A DNA stretch of 64,000 bases from positions 39,680,001 to 39,744,000 of the forward strand of contig NC_090344.1 in assembly GCF_035084215.1 (NCBI RefSeq), in the 5' to 3' direction. This document shows, piece by piece, positions 14,328-25,840 of this stretch (within the stretch, counting starts at the first letter, position 1; the number at the start of each line of letters is the position of its first letter). A program made the position numbers and the translations under genes. The DNA is from Heptranchias perlo (taxonomy: Eukaryota). The notes under the pieces were generated by a model. It saw only the letters and a list, made by a program, of their open reading frames with translations, ran no database searches and was not told where the DNA came from.

Positions 14328-14443
14328 TGATGTGGAGATGCCGGTGATGGACTGGCATTGACAAATGTAAAGAATCTTACAACACCAGGTTATAGTCCAA
14401 CAATTTTATTTGAAAATCACAAGCTTTTGATTTTCAAATAAAA
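14328..14443. mobile_element. Short Penelope-like terminal-repeat insertion with partial palindrome
   Basis: Closely similar to 49204-49300 and 42555-42612. Flanked by the 12-bp direct repeat TTCAAGATTGTA (14316-14327, 14444-14455). Confidence 0.8.
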
Positions 14444-14611
14444 TTCAAGATTGTAACCAGCCAAGTTCCTCACTTGATCTCCTCTTTCCTTCGCTAGTTG
14501 AAGAGTTTTCAGTGGTTTCCAACACTTGGTCCGAAAAAGAACCGACAAAGTAATCAAAGTGAATCATAATGCATCATTGGTTCATATGTTCCCTGTAACA
14601 TTGGCAAATGC

Positions 14612-15035
14612 CAAAAGAAAATAATTGCACATATATAGTACTTCAACACATCTCTCAGAAACATTCGAAAGCATGTCATATACAATGAATTACTTTGAAA
14701 CGAGTGACTTTTGTTATGTAGGCAAACACAGCAGTTGCTTTGCACACATTACGATTCCTCAAACATAAATGTGGTAAATGACCAGTTAATCTGTTTTGGT
14801 TGTGCAGGTTAAGACAGGAATGTTGGCCAGAACAGTGGGGAATCTTCCTGCTCTTCTTCAAATGTTGCTCTGGGATCTTTAACGACTGGAACAGGCAGAT
14901 GGGGCTGGTTTTAACATCTGGGCCAAAGGATGGCACCTTTAACAAGCCTGGACTGTATGCTCAAGCCCTGGAGTAGGATTAAACCCAGAATCTTCTGATT
15001 CAGCAGAATTAACAGTTGTAACCAAAGCTAATGAT
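14612..15035 (-). mobile_element. Deu-type SINE (family A), degenerate
   Basis: Reverse-complement similarity to 7912-8145 and 53461-53872 (gaatgttggccag, gggatctttaac, ggcacct). Confidence 0.6.
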
Positions 15036-17302
15036 TGAAAGTCAAACAGAAATCTAGTTCTCACAGTGGCTTACATATGACCATGCAAAAAGAAGGGTGA
15101 GAAACGACCATGAGACCGTCCACTCAACAGTGCAACCTGGCACATTGTTTACCTACCCCTAACCACGCTATCTCTTGGGAGAGGCAAAACACCTGCGGTC
15201 AATTCACCAAATTGCTCTCTGACTCCTTAAGGCAATCAAATAAAGTTTTAGTGATTGCCCTTGTCTGTGACTCATCACAATCGCCAATTCCAGTCTGCAG
15301 GTCAGAAGCAATGGCCATTAAATGACTGGCTGTATTTCTTTTTTCAAGATTGTTTTGCAGCTGTACTACAACTTAAAGCCAATCAAATTTTAACTATTGT
15401 TTGGTGACGGAAATGTGGAGATTGGAAAATATGTGTCCGATGCACCCAGCATTAAATGACTGGCTCACTTTCTCATTTAAAAAAAAAATGACTGTTTTAC
15501 ATTTGTAGCCCAAGTGTTTTGGCTTAAGTGGGTAGCATTTTCTCTCCTCTCTGTGTTTCTGTGCGAAATGTCATACCCAGCCAAGTAGGTGGGCAAATTG
15601 CTGGTCTCCGCCAACAATGCCAGTCTCAAATTGGTTGCCCAATGGTTGCCTGGGTAACTGGGTAATTTTCTTACCAATAATGTGGAAAATTTAATGTGCG
15701 CCTGATGCGTTTATGGACTTATCTCCCCATTTTTCATGATGTTGCATGCTACGCTGAGCTAGTACACTGCCCCAGCAGTTGGTCCTCTACAGCAAAATAA
15801 TCGGGAATTTTGTCTGCAACTTTTTTTCTTTTGCAGGAAAGCAGCGCAAAGCATGACTTGGCAAAGGAAAGTAGCCACCTTCACAGAGAAAGAAAGGTCT
15901 CTCCGATACCTTTTAAGGTGAGTTAACAGAACCATTCTCATTGCAGATGCCTTTAAAGAAAGAAAAGGAAAGGCTTGCATTTATACAGCGCCTTTCACAG
16001 CCTCGGGACGTCCCAAAGCACTTTACAGCCAATGAAGTAGTTTTGAAGTGTAGTTACTATTATACTGCAGTATAGTTTTGGGCGAGCAGCACTAAACTGG
16101 CGTCCCTATGACACTGTTCCCCTATTCACCTTTCCTCCCAGTGCCATTCTCTACCATGCACTGTGGAGAAGCAGAACTAATGAATCCAGCGGCAGCCCAT
16201 AAGACCCATGCTAAAGGATTTATATTTGCACCATTGACATCCGCTGCAGTTTTTAACATAAAAGCACCTTTAAATATCATTCCAGTCTCAGTTTTTTCCG
16301 TCCTGCCTTTACCCTTCCCCCCCAATAATAACATTTTCTTGTGAACATTTGCAAAGTTGAATAAACCTTTTATTAAAGTGATATTTCCCTCTTTATTTTT
16401 ACAAATTTTTATTTGAAGAACATTTCCCATTCAGTTTCTGTCCACCTATTACTGCAGTGCAGCAAACCCCTTTTCAGCATCTGTTTTTGTTTCATGTAAA
16501 ATTCATAAAACCTATTTGTCCAGTCCCATGGTCTGACATAAGACGGGCAAATTAGACAACTTGCACAATGGACAGGCCCCCCCAAAAAATTGAATGTCGG
16601 TCCGTGCGGAATAAATCGAGGGCCTTTAGTGTTACAAAGCATCAAAGTCTTCCAACGTCAATTCAATTTTGCCTTTCAAAAAAGTTTATCAAAAGAGGGA
16701 AATGATCTTATCAAACTTGGAACTATGTTAAGGAAAGGTTTAGACTATCTACGAGGCTGATCTCAGGGGAGGAGGGAAGGGATTTACTGCACATCTTCTT
16801 AAAGAGGGTTTCACTGTATTTCTGGCTAAAACCGGCTTTCATATGAGCCCTAATTCTCATTTGGTAAACTATTTAAAATGCTATTTCTTAATGCCTTCTA
16901 GTACAGATGCTCACAGCCCAGAGTGGAGCTGAAACCTATCATTCTGGAATCAATTACACTGAACAGGGTCAGATGGGTATTGCTTACCCTTAGGCTACGA
17001 GTTCAATTCATAATGGATTAATTTTCAATATTAAATTATATGATCAAAAGATAAAAGAGACTTAAATAATGAGTCGGCTTCCATTTTGATATCTTTTTTC
17101 CAACAAGGTCAGTTTACTTTGGTTAATAATAATTAAATTGAGCGATTTGGCTATGCTGGCGATTGAAGCCAAATGTAAGACCATATAAGATGAGAGGTGA
17201 AATTAAGTGCCACAGTCCCGGCACTGAAGCCCTCTTTTTTTTTTTGCCTGTTGCTATTGTGATTTGTTTCCTGTTCAAAACAAAAACGCCAACATGATGA
17301 AA

Positions 17303-17730
17303 GAAAGACTTACATATATTATATAGCATGTCACATCCTTCAGAAATGTCTTAAAGCCCCTCACGTGCAATAAATTACTGTGACTGTTATGCAGGCAAAT
17401 GCAGCCGTTACTTTGTACACAACAAGATCCCACAAACGGCCATGATGTGAATGACTAGCTGATGTTATTTTTAGATGATGGTCGGCCAGGACAGCAGGAG
17501 AAATCCCTGCCCTTATTTGAGAAGTTCCATGGGATCTTTAATGTCAACCTGAACCACAGGCTTACATCTTAACATCTTATTCTCAGGACAGCACCCAAGG
17601 CAATGCAGCACTCCCTCAGTGCTGCACTGCAGTATTATCCTCTGTTATGTACTTCAGTCTTGGAGTGGGGCTTGAGCCTACAATCTGCTGACTCAGAGGC
17701 GAGAGTCCACCAACTGAGCCAAGCTGACAT
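17303..17730 (-). mobile_element. Deu-type SINE (family A)
   Basis: aagatcccacaaac, catgggatctttaatgtc, gcagcactccctcagtgctgcactg, ctgactcagaggcgagagt...actgagccaagctgaca (head region). Confidence 0.7.
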
Positions 17731-18289
17731 TAATGCTATGGAGAAATTGTGTTTTAATCCATACTTTGTGGAAGATCGGATATTCATTTGTAGTGATGGT
17801 AAAATAATTTTCCTTATCAAATGCTGTGGCACCCAAGAAAGTGACTGCTTTCTACTTGGATCAGCTTTATCTCTGTGTTGTCCCTGTTGTTTGGGAAAAG
17901 AAAATGTTAAGAGGCTACTGTGGTTCTGGGTGTTGTATGGAACCACTGAGTATTCCAGTGAATTGACACATCTCAAGGTTAAGATGATATTTTTATAAAA
18001 CACCTGGGCTTCAATCCTGTGATTTATGGTGGCATCTGAACCCTTCATGTGTGGTTGACTTGTAAGGTGCTGCCGGAGAGTTACGCAGAGTCAAGGGAAA
18101 GCCAGCAGTTGCCAGGAAGGCAGGCAGAGGCCTGGGCCGGTATTGAGCAGGCTCTTGGAGCTATAATGGTGTTGGTTTTATTTATTTTTTTGATTGCTGT
18201 CCAGTGTTTTTCTCATTGCGTCTCTTTAAGTATGTTACGTGATTGGTCCAGAGCCCTGCCGATCATACTTGTTGGACCATTATTTTATT

Positions 18290-18612
18290 TTTAAATTTAT
18301 TCTCGGGATGTGGGCGTTGCTGGCAAGGCCAGTATTTGTTGCCCATCTCTAGTTGCCCTTGAGAAGGTGGTGGTGAGCCTTCTTCTTGAACCGCTGCAGT
18401 CCATGTTGGTGAAGGTACTCCCACAGTGCTCTTAGGTAGGGAGTTCCAGGACTTTGACCCAGCGACGATGAAGGTATCTGTCCAAGTCCGGATAGTGTGT
18501 GACTTGGAGGAAAACCTCAAAGTGATAGTATTCCCATGCACCTGCTGCCCTTGTCCTTCTAGGCGGTGGAGGTCACGAGTTTAGGAGATGATGTCGAAGA
18601 AGCCTTGGCGAG
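18290..18612 (-). mobile_element. Non-LTR retrotransposon 3' end (CR1/L2-group family ending ...cccacatcccgagaataaa)
   Basis: Minus peptide FIVAGSKSWNSLPKSTVG. Same family as 23522-23805 and 52635-53072. Confidence 0.8.
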
Positions 18613-19614
18613 TTTGTGGTTCCCTGGACCAATCCTGGCAGACTTGACGATAATCATGTGTTTCGCACGGACCGATGGGAATATTTAATAACGCGCATAG
18701 GTAGACAAGGTAGCTCCTCTGATATCCAACTTGGATATTGGAGAGTGGAAACATCTCACATGCTTACACTGCAAAGTGCTTGAATGGAAAACAGAAGATG
18801 GTTAAACGGCAGAAGTGGTATTAGCGTGAGTCAATGGAGGCATAATTTGTCGATGTTCTGTGAGGACTGAATGGGGTTTGGTGGTGAAACACTCATGATT
18901 GATTAGCCTGCCGAAACTCATCGTCTCGGCTCACGCAAACAGAACGCCCATTCGGGTGAGGTATAGGTGCCCATTGAGCTGTACCACAGAAAGTGACAGC
19001 ACGTTAAGAAGATGAGAGAAGAAAGTTGGAGGGAAAAAGATTAAAGTGCAAATGCAATGTCTTTTTTTTTCTGTCAAAATTACAATCCACAAATGAGCTT
19101 TTAAAAAATGTAGCTGATCCCTGGATCATGTATTTTCAGATTTATTGAGGTGGATTACCCTTTGCGGCCTGGCTCACAGTGTCCTGTTTCTTTCACGTCT
19201 TGTTGCATTGTCACCAATGCCAGAAAGAGAGAGGCTGCATTTTCCTAAAAAGCCCTGTCCTTTGATGAAACCACGACCCTTTGGTTTTTTGATGAAATCG
19301 GGCGCTGAGAGGTGCCGAAGTGGAGAGTAATTAGAGAAGTGTTGTAGCTTACTGATCCCTTGCTTAAAATTCTCTTACTATAGCATTTCAGACAGGGTAC
19401 AAAGATTAATTATGGTTTATCTTGACTGTGCAATGTGAGATGGTTGTTAATGGGCTGGAAGGAGAATTTCATTCCAACTAGTAGGAATTGTTGTACAAAA
19501 TCTTTTAAGGGCCTTTTCTGTTTTCTTACCTTTTTTTGGATCTCTTCGTCCAAGCAATTTGCTCTGAGTTTCTGCAAAGCTATTCTGAAATTATGTTCGA
19601 GTTGTGAGAGAGAG

Positions 19615-19820
19615 TAGTGTGGGAGCTTTTCAGGGAAAGTTGAGGGAATAGCGTGGGGAGGAATGTGGGAGTTGTTCAGGGAGATTTGAGGGAATGGATT
19701 GGATTGGGAATGTGGGAGGTGTGAGGGAACGGGCTGGATAGGGAGTCTGGGGAGCTGTTGAGGGAGGTGTGAGCGACTAGGCTGGATAGGGAGCATGGGG
19801 AGCTGGCCAAGGAGATGGCA
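19615..19820. repeat. Degenerate G-rich tandem repeat
   Basis: Recurrent gggagctgttgagggaggtgtgag...ggctggatagggag motifs. Confidence 0.55.
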
Positions 19821-19939
19821 TGAACCGACAATCCATTGCTCCGTTGCACAGATATTGGTGCTACAATATGCTGCACGGTTACACATACATTACCTGCACC
19901 ACTAAATCACCAGAGCACTACTTAAAATTAAACTGTGAT

Positions 19940-20145
19940 GGTAGGACAATGGGATACAAGTTCAAACTGGTGAAAGAAATTTAGGACAGATATCAGGAAG
20001 TTCTCAGACAAAGAGTGATCAGCAGGTGGAATGGCCTTCCGGGCAGGGTAGTGGAGGCAAAAACCTTGTACTCCTTTAAGAAACAGTTGGATGATGTGAT
20101 TTGGGTTTTTTCTTTGGATGGGCTGAATGGCCTCTCTCTCATGTG
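19940..20145 (+). mobile_element. Old CR1 3' fragment
   Basis: aggacaatgggatacaagttcaaactgg...tggaatggccttccgg...ggatgggctgaatggcct. Confidence 0.65.
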
Positions 20146-21160
20146 ATCCTGTGATATATTCTTGTTTCCAAAAATATACATAAGCTTTAAAAGCCAGGAA
20201 AAATACCCTCCTGGAGAATGCGCAACATTCATATTGCTGTATTTATTGGTTGCACGTGGGAATTGTTTGTCAATTTTCTGTCGTGCCACCTGTCCAATTT
20301 GAGTAAATTAGAAATGAAAGAACTCTGACTCCTCCAGAGATGGGATGGGCATGGGGAGTGTATGTGTAAAACTCCTTGCAAAGTGTTTCTCAATGTAAGT
20401 CATCGAGTCTTTATCATTCACGACTACAGTCTGGGACACAGGCACACTGCAATCTTTTCCATTATCTGACCTAGGTTTCAGGCAACCTCCTGCGAGGCTC
20501 TTTCAAAGACATCGAGCAGCAAGAATTTTAGCTCAGCTGGTGGTGTCAGGATAATGTAAATATTGTGTCTGCTATGGGAGGGTCAGACCTACTGTTAAAA
20601 GCTAAGCAGTGACTTCATCATCTAAGATAAGGCTGAGTGACCTGGAAGGTCCCCAACATTTTATTGAATTGATTCAATAAGGAGATGCTGTCATCATGAA
20701 ACGATGCTTAACAAACCTTCTACCCTCTGTTCACCCATCATGTACATCGTACCATCAGATGAAAATGATGCAGCGATGTATTTACACGGGAATTACGATA
20801 TCACGTTTTTTGATTTGCTACAAGCTAGGACATTGAAGTTATGCTGTGTGATTCTTCGTGGCCGAATAGGTAACAGATCCATATGAAGTCCTCTTTCTGT
20901 TATTTTAACAGAGACGTTAATCTGTTTATTTTAAACTGGCTATCACCTCCATCAAAGTGGAGGACAAAAGGAATTTCATATGAGCAGGTTCAGAGTTTGA
21001 TGGCTAATATTCACATAGCTCTATTTTAAGGCCCTGCTGCTTAACACACATGGGATGTATGAAATTTCACCAACAATATGGGTTTTTAATCATTAACAGT
21101 TGCAATGCAGTACATTCCTGCACACGTGGATGATTCACTTAGTTGCATAGACGCAACCAC

Positions 21161-22873
21161 ATAAGAACATAAGAAATAGGAGCATGAGTAGGCCATACTG
21201 CCCCTCGAGCCTGCTCCACCATTCAATCAGATCATGGCCGATTTTGGACCTCAACTCCACTTTCCCGCCCGATCCCCATATCCCCTAGAGTCCAAAAATC
21301 TATCCATCTCAGCCTTGAATATACCCAATGACTGAGCATCCACTGCCCTCTAGGGTAGAGAATTCCAAAGATTCACAATCCTCTGCGTGAAGAAATTCCT
21401 CCTCATCTCAGTCTTGAATGGCCGACCCCTTATCCTGCGGCTAAGCCCCCGAGTTCTAGACTCTCTAGCCAGGGGAAACAATCTCTCAGCATCTACCCTG
21501 TCAAGCCCCCTCATAATCTTATACGTTTCAATGAGATCACCTCTTATTCTTCTAAACTCCAGAGAGAATAGGCCCATTCTACTCAACCTCTCTTCATAGG
21601 ACAACCCTCTCATCCCAGGAATTAATCTCGTGAACCTTTGTTGTACTGCCTCCAAGGCAAGTATATCCTTTCTTAGATAAGGAGACCAAAATTGTACGCA
21701 GTACTCCAGGTGAGGTCTCACTAAAACCCTGTACAACTGTAGTAAGACTTCCCTACTGTTGTTCTGCAACCCCCTTGCAATAAAGGCCAACGTGCCATTT
21801 GCTTTCCTAATTGCCTGCTGTACCTGCATACTAACTTTTTGTGTTTCTTGTACGAGGACACCCAAGTCTCTCTGAACACCAACATTTAACAGTTTCTCAC
21901 CATTTAAAAAATATTCTGCTTTTCTATTCTTCCTTCCAAAGTGGACAACCTCACATTTCCCCACATTATACTCCATCTCCCACCTTCATGCCCACTCACT
22001 TAATCTGTCTATATCCCTTTGCAGACTCTTTGTGTCCTCCTCACAACTTACTTTACCCAGCTTTGTATTGTCAGCAAACTTGGATACATTACACTCGGTC
22101 CCTTATTCTAAGTCATTAATATAGATTGTAAATAGCTGAGGCCCAAGCACCAATCCTTGCGGCACCCCACTAGTTACAGCCTGCCAACCTGAGAATGACT
22201 CATTTATCCCTACTCTCTGTTTTCTGTCCTTTAACCAATCCTCTATTCATGCTAATATATTACACCCAACCCCATGAGCCCTTACCTAGTGTAACAACCT
22301 TTTATGTGGCACCTTATCGAATGCCTTTTGAAAATCCAAATATACTACATCCACTGGTTCCCCTTTATCTACCCTGCTTGTTACACCCTCAAAAAACTCG
22401 AATAAATTTGTCAAACACGATTTCCCTTTCATAAAACCATGTTGACTCTGCCTAATCATATTATGATTTTCTAAGTGCCCTGTTACCACGTCCTTAATAA
22501 TGGATTCCAGCATTTTCCAAACGACCGATGTCACACTAACTGGCCTGTCGTTCCCTGTTTTCTCTCTCCCTCTCTTCTTGAATAGCGGGGTAACATTTGC
22601 TACCTTCCAGTCCTCTTGGACCATTCTAGAATCTAGAGAATTTTCGAAGATCATAACCAATGCATCCACTGTCTCTGCAGCCGCCTCTTTTAGAACCCTC
22701 GGATGTAGGCCATCCGGTCCAGGGGATTTGTCAGCTTTTAGTCCCATTAGTTTGTCCAGTACTTTTTCTCTAGTGATATTAATTGTTTTAAGTTCCTCAC
22801 TCTCATTTACCCCTTGGTTCCCCACTATTTTTGGTATGCTTTTTGTGTCTTCTACTGTGAAGACAGATGCAAA
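21161..22873 (-). mobile_element. 5'-truncated CR1 LINE (RT domain, few disruptions)
   Basis: ORF 22286..23152 (FASVFTVED, KSPGPDGLHPRVLKE, YLDFQKAFDKVPH) and ORF 21350..21976 (RPHLEYCVQFWSPY, WNSLP). The tail reads ataagaacataaga on the + strand. Confidence 0.95.
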
Positions 22874-23203
22874 ACCGCTGGGGAAGAAATTTCCTGACCC
22901 TCTTCCCGAATTTTTTTGGACATAAGTGATGTTCCCCCTACAGAGCCCAGAAATGTCCCTGATGTCCCCAGCTACCTCTTTACACGTGGTTGCACCTTTG
23001 GTTAGTTGGTGTGTCTGCTTGCAGTTTGGTTGAAAGCGTTTGAAGTTTCTCACAAAGAGCAAAATGACTTCTAAGTGTTGCCAGCGTTTTAAGATATCAC
23101 TGTGCAGGTTTGATTTCCGATTAAGTTGGTGTAGTTTGGGACACCAGGACACTGTCCATTCTTGTTTGGAAAACTGATTTCTCTGGCGACGGATACTAAA
23201 ATT

Positions 23204-23404
23204 TCAAATTCTTTGTTTCAACTTCAGGGAGCTGTCCGGACACAGCAGTTGCTTTAGAAACCCATTGTCTGGGTCGATGCCCTGATGGTCCTTCACTGTC
23301 CTTATGGCTTCCACTAATGTCATGTTGCTGTTGGATCATCAGGTGGCCCAGAACCATGGTCGCTGACCTGCTTATTCCAACTGCGCAGTGCACCAGGAGT
23401 TTTG
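23204..23404 (-). pseudogene. DUSP26: DUSP26-like last coding exon with PTP loop, frameshifted
   Basis: Acceptor ccttccgttcacag|CA AAA CTC CTG GTG CAC TGC GCA GTT GGA ATA AGC AGG TCA gives KLLVHCAVGISRS (HCX5R). One extra base lies near 23324-23335. The shifted frame gives NMTLVEAIRTVKDHQGIDPDNGFLKQLLCPDSSLKLKQRI*, with TGA at 23206-23204. Confidence 0.92.
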
Positions 23405-23521
23405 CTGTGAACGGAAGGTGTTAACTGGTGTTAGTCTGTACAAAACATTGTAATGACACAGCTTGCAGAGTGTTACAATGCACTGAGGGGATGAGTTGGG
23501 CCACCTGGACCTCATGATGTA

Positions 23522-23805
23522 TTTTTTTTTATTTGTTCATGGGATGTGGGCGTCGCTGGCGAGGCCAGCATTTATTGCCCATCCCTAATTGTCCTTCAGA
23601 AGGTGGTGGTGAGCCGCCTTCTTGAACCGCTGCAGACCGTGTGGTGATGGTTCTCCCACAGTGCTGTTAGGTAGAGAGTTCCAGGATTTTGACCCAGCGA
23701 CGATGAAAGAACGGCGATATATTTCCAAGTCGGGATGGTGTGTGACTTGGAGGGGAACGTGCAGGTGGTGTTGTTCCCATGTGCCTGCTGCCCTTGTCCT
23801 TATTA
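23522..23805 (-). mobile_element. Non-LTR retrotransposon 3' end with poly(A) tail
   Basis: ORF 23585..23824 RRSFIVAGSKSWNSLPNSTVGEPSPHGLQRFKKAAHHHLLKDN*, followed by a 3'UTR and A-tail. Confidence 0.85.
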
Positions 23806-24466
23806 GCCATATCCTCTCCATCACAAAGACCGTCCTACTTCCAGCTCCGTGACATCACCCATCTCTGTCCTTGCCTCAGCCCATCTGCTGTTGAAACCCT
23901 CATTCATGCTTTTGTCACGATCAGACTCGACAATTTTAATACTCTCCTGTCAGGCCTTCCATCCTCCATCCATTCCAAAACTCTGCTCCTTGTATTCTAT
24001 CCCGCATCATGTCCTGCTCACCCATCACTGCTGTCCTTCCTGACCTACATTGGCTCCTGATCCCCATGCACCTTCATTTTAAAATTCTCATTCTTGTGTT
24101 TAAATCCCTTGATGGCCTTTCCCCTCCATATCTCTGTAACTTCCAACGGCCCTACAACTTCCGCCGGCCTTCTCCCCCCGCCACGCAGAACTTTGAGTTT
24201 TTCCGATTTTGGCCTCTTGTGCATCCCTCCCTTCCTTGGCCCCACTCTTGGCAGCTGTGACTTCAATCGTCAATGCCCCACCCTCTGGAATTCCTTCCCT
24301 AAATCCCTCCACCTGCCCTCCTTTAAGACCTTCCTTTGACCAAGCTTGTGCTCACCCCTCCCAATATCTCCTTTGGCACGACATCCGTTTTTGACTGATT
24401 AAGCCTCTGTGAAGCACCTTGGGATGTTAGTTATGTTAAAGACACAATATAAATGCAAGTTTTTGT
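23806..24466 (+). mobile_element. L2 LINE 3' region
   Basis: Peptides ETLIHAFVTIRLDNFNTLLSGLP and PDLHWLLIPMHLHFKILILVFKSLDGLSPPYL. Tail caatataaatgcaagtttttgtt. Confidence 0.85.
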
Positions 24467-25496
24467 TACACTATCTTGGAACAGACTCCAAAGTTATTCT
24501 GTGTAATACACTCAAATCCAGGTATTATTTATTAGGCTCCTTAGAGTTCTGTTATTGCTTTCTTTTCCCCAGCAAGGTATCATTGTCTATCACGGCAAAA
24601 GGTGGGCAGCTCTCCTGGTTGAATTGGGAGGTTTTATTGAATGGTGTGATTTGAACAGTAGTGACAGCCGCCTTTATTTCAGTGCACGGTCCAAGGGAAA
24701 GTCGTGTGCACGAGTGTGAAAATGCGTAAACTCTTTCCCACTCTCTCCTAAAGGTGCTGCCTCATTCTAGAATATGATGGTGAGCCTAAACGGTGAGTGC
24801 TCAGAAGCTGTTCAGTCATGAGGACATCCCAGCTGAGCCTGATCAGATTTAGGTGTATTTAAGTTTAGGCCGGTGAGACCATAGGGAGCTAGCATGACTT
24901 GGGACTGGACCCTTAATTCTCCCATAAGAAGGCAGATACACATCCACAAGACATGGAGGCAGACCACTGTTCTGAAAAAGAAACTACTTTTTTGTGGTTG
25001 CTGCCAGTTGACCAGGTAAATGGCAAATGGGTCCTAGAATCCATTGTGTGTGTTTGCAGAGGACTTTTTGTCCTTAAAGGGACAAGGATTTCAAAATCCA
25101 TACCTTTCCAAAGTAGACCAAATTCTGATTTTAAAAGAATAAACCAGGTGGACTGAGTGGTCGAGTGGGTTGCAAAATGACGCAGTCCTCTAGGACCTCG
25201 TCTAGTCTGAAGGGGTGAAAGTTCTGTCTGTCTCTTGGCTGCAATGAGTCCCAAACAGCACAGCAAAAAAAAGCTGCTCCCAGTTTGGGGCTAAATGTTG
25301 CAATTTCATTCAAAGAGGGAAATGGAAAAATTCGATACTGGTGTCATTGGGGTGGCCTTCGGAGGTTGGGTCTGAGTCACACATTAGAGTGGCAAGAGAT
25401 TTATTCCATGTCCAACTGTGCTGTAACTTCTTGATGCTGGCATTGGGTGCCTGGAATTGGAAAATATTCTAATCCCCAGCTTAACTTGATAGGAAA

Positions 25497-25840
25497 GAGA
25501 AAAAAAATGCATTTATATAGTGCTTTATCACATCCTCGCGACACCTCAAAGTGGTTCATTATGAATGAAGTCCAGTCACTCTTTGCTGTGTTGGCAAACA
25601 TGAGAGTCAGTTTGTGTTCAACAAGATCACAGGGTCATTCATTTACAAGCAGCAGAATGACCAATTAACAGTATTTGGTGGTGTTGGTTGAGGGATGAAT
25701 GTTGGCCAGGACATTAGGAAAAATTCCCTGCTTTTCTTTGAACACTGCAATGGGATCTTTTACATGCTCGAGTCCTGGAGTGCAACTCAAACCCCCTGAT
25801 TCAAATCGGACAGTGCTACCAACTTAGCCAAGCTGACACT
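25497..25840 (-). mobile_element. Deu-type SINE (family A)
   Basis: gcatttatatagtgcttt (tail), ttggttgagggatgaatgttggccaggaca (core), agtgctaccaacttagccaagctgacac (head). Confidence 0.7.

Noticed and set aside
22286-23152. 288-aa ORF as a host gene or DUSP26-LINE fusion
   Set aside because: The C-terminal part is CR1 RT. The N-terminal part is chance read-through from sequence downstream of the DUSP26-like stop.
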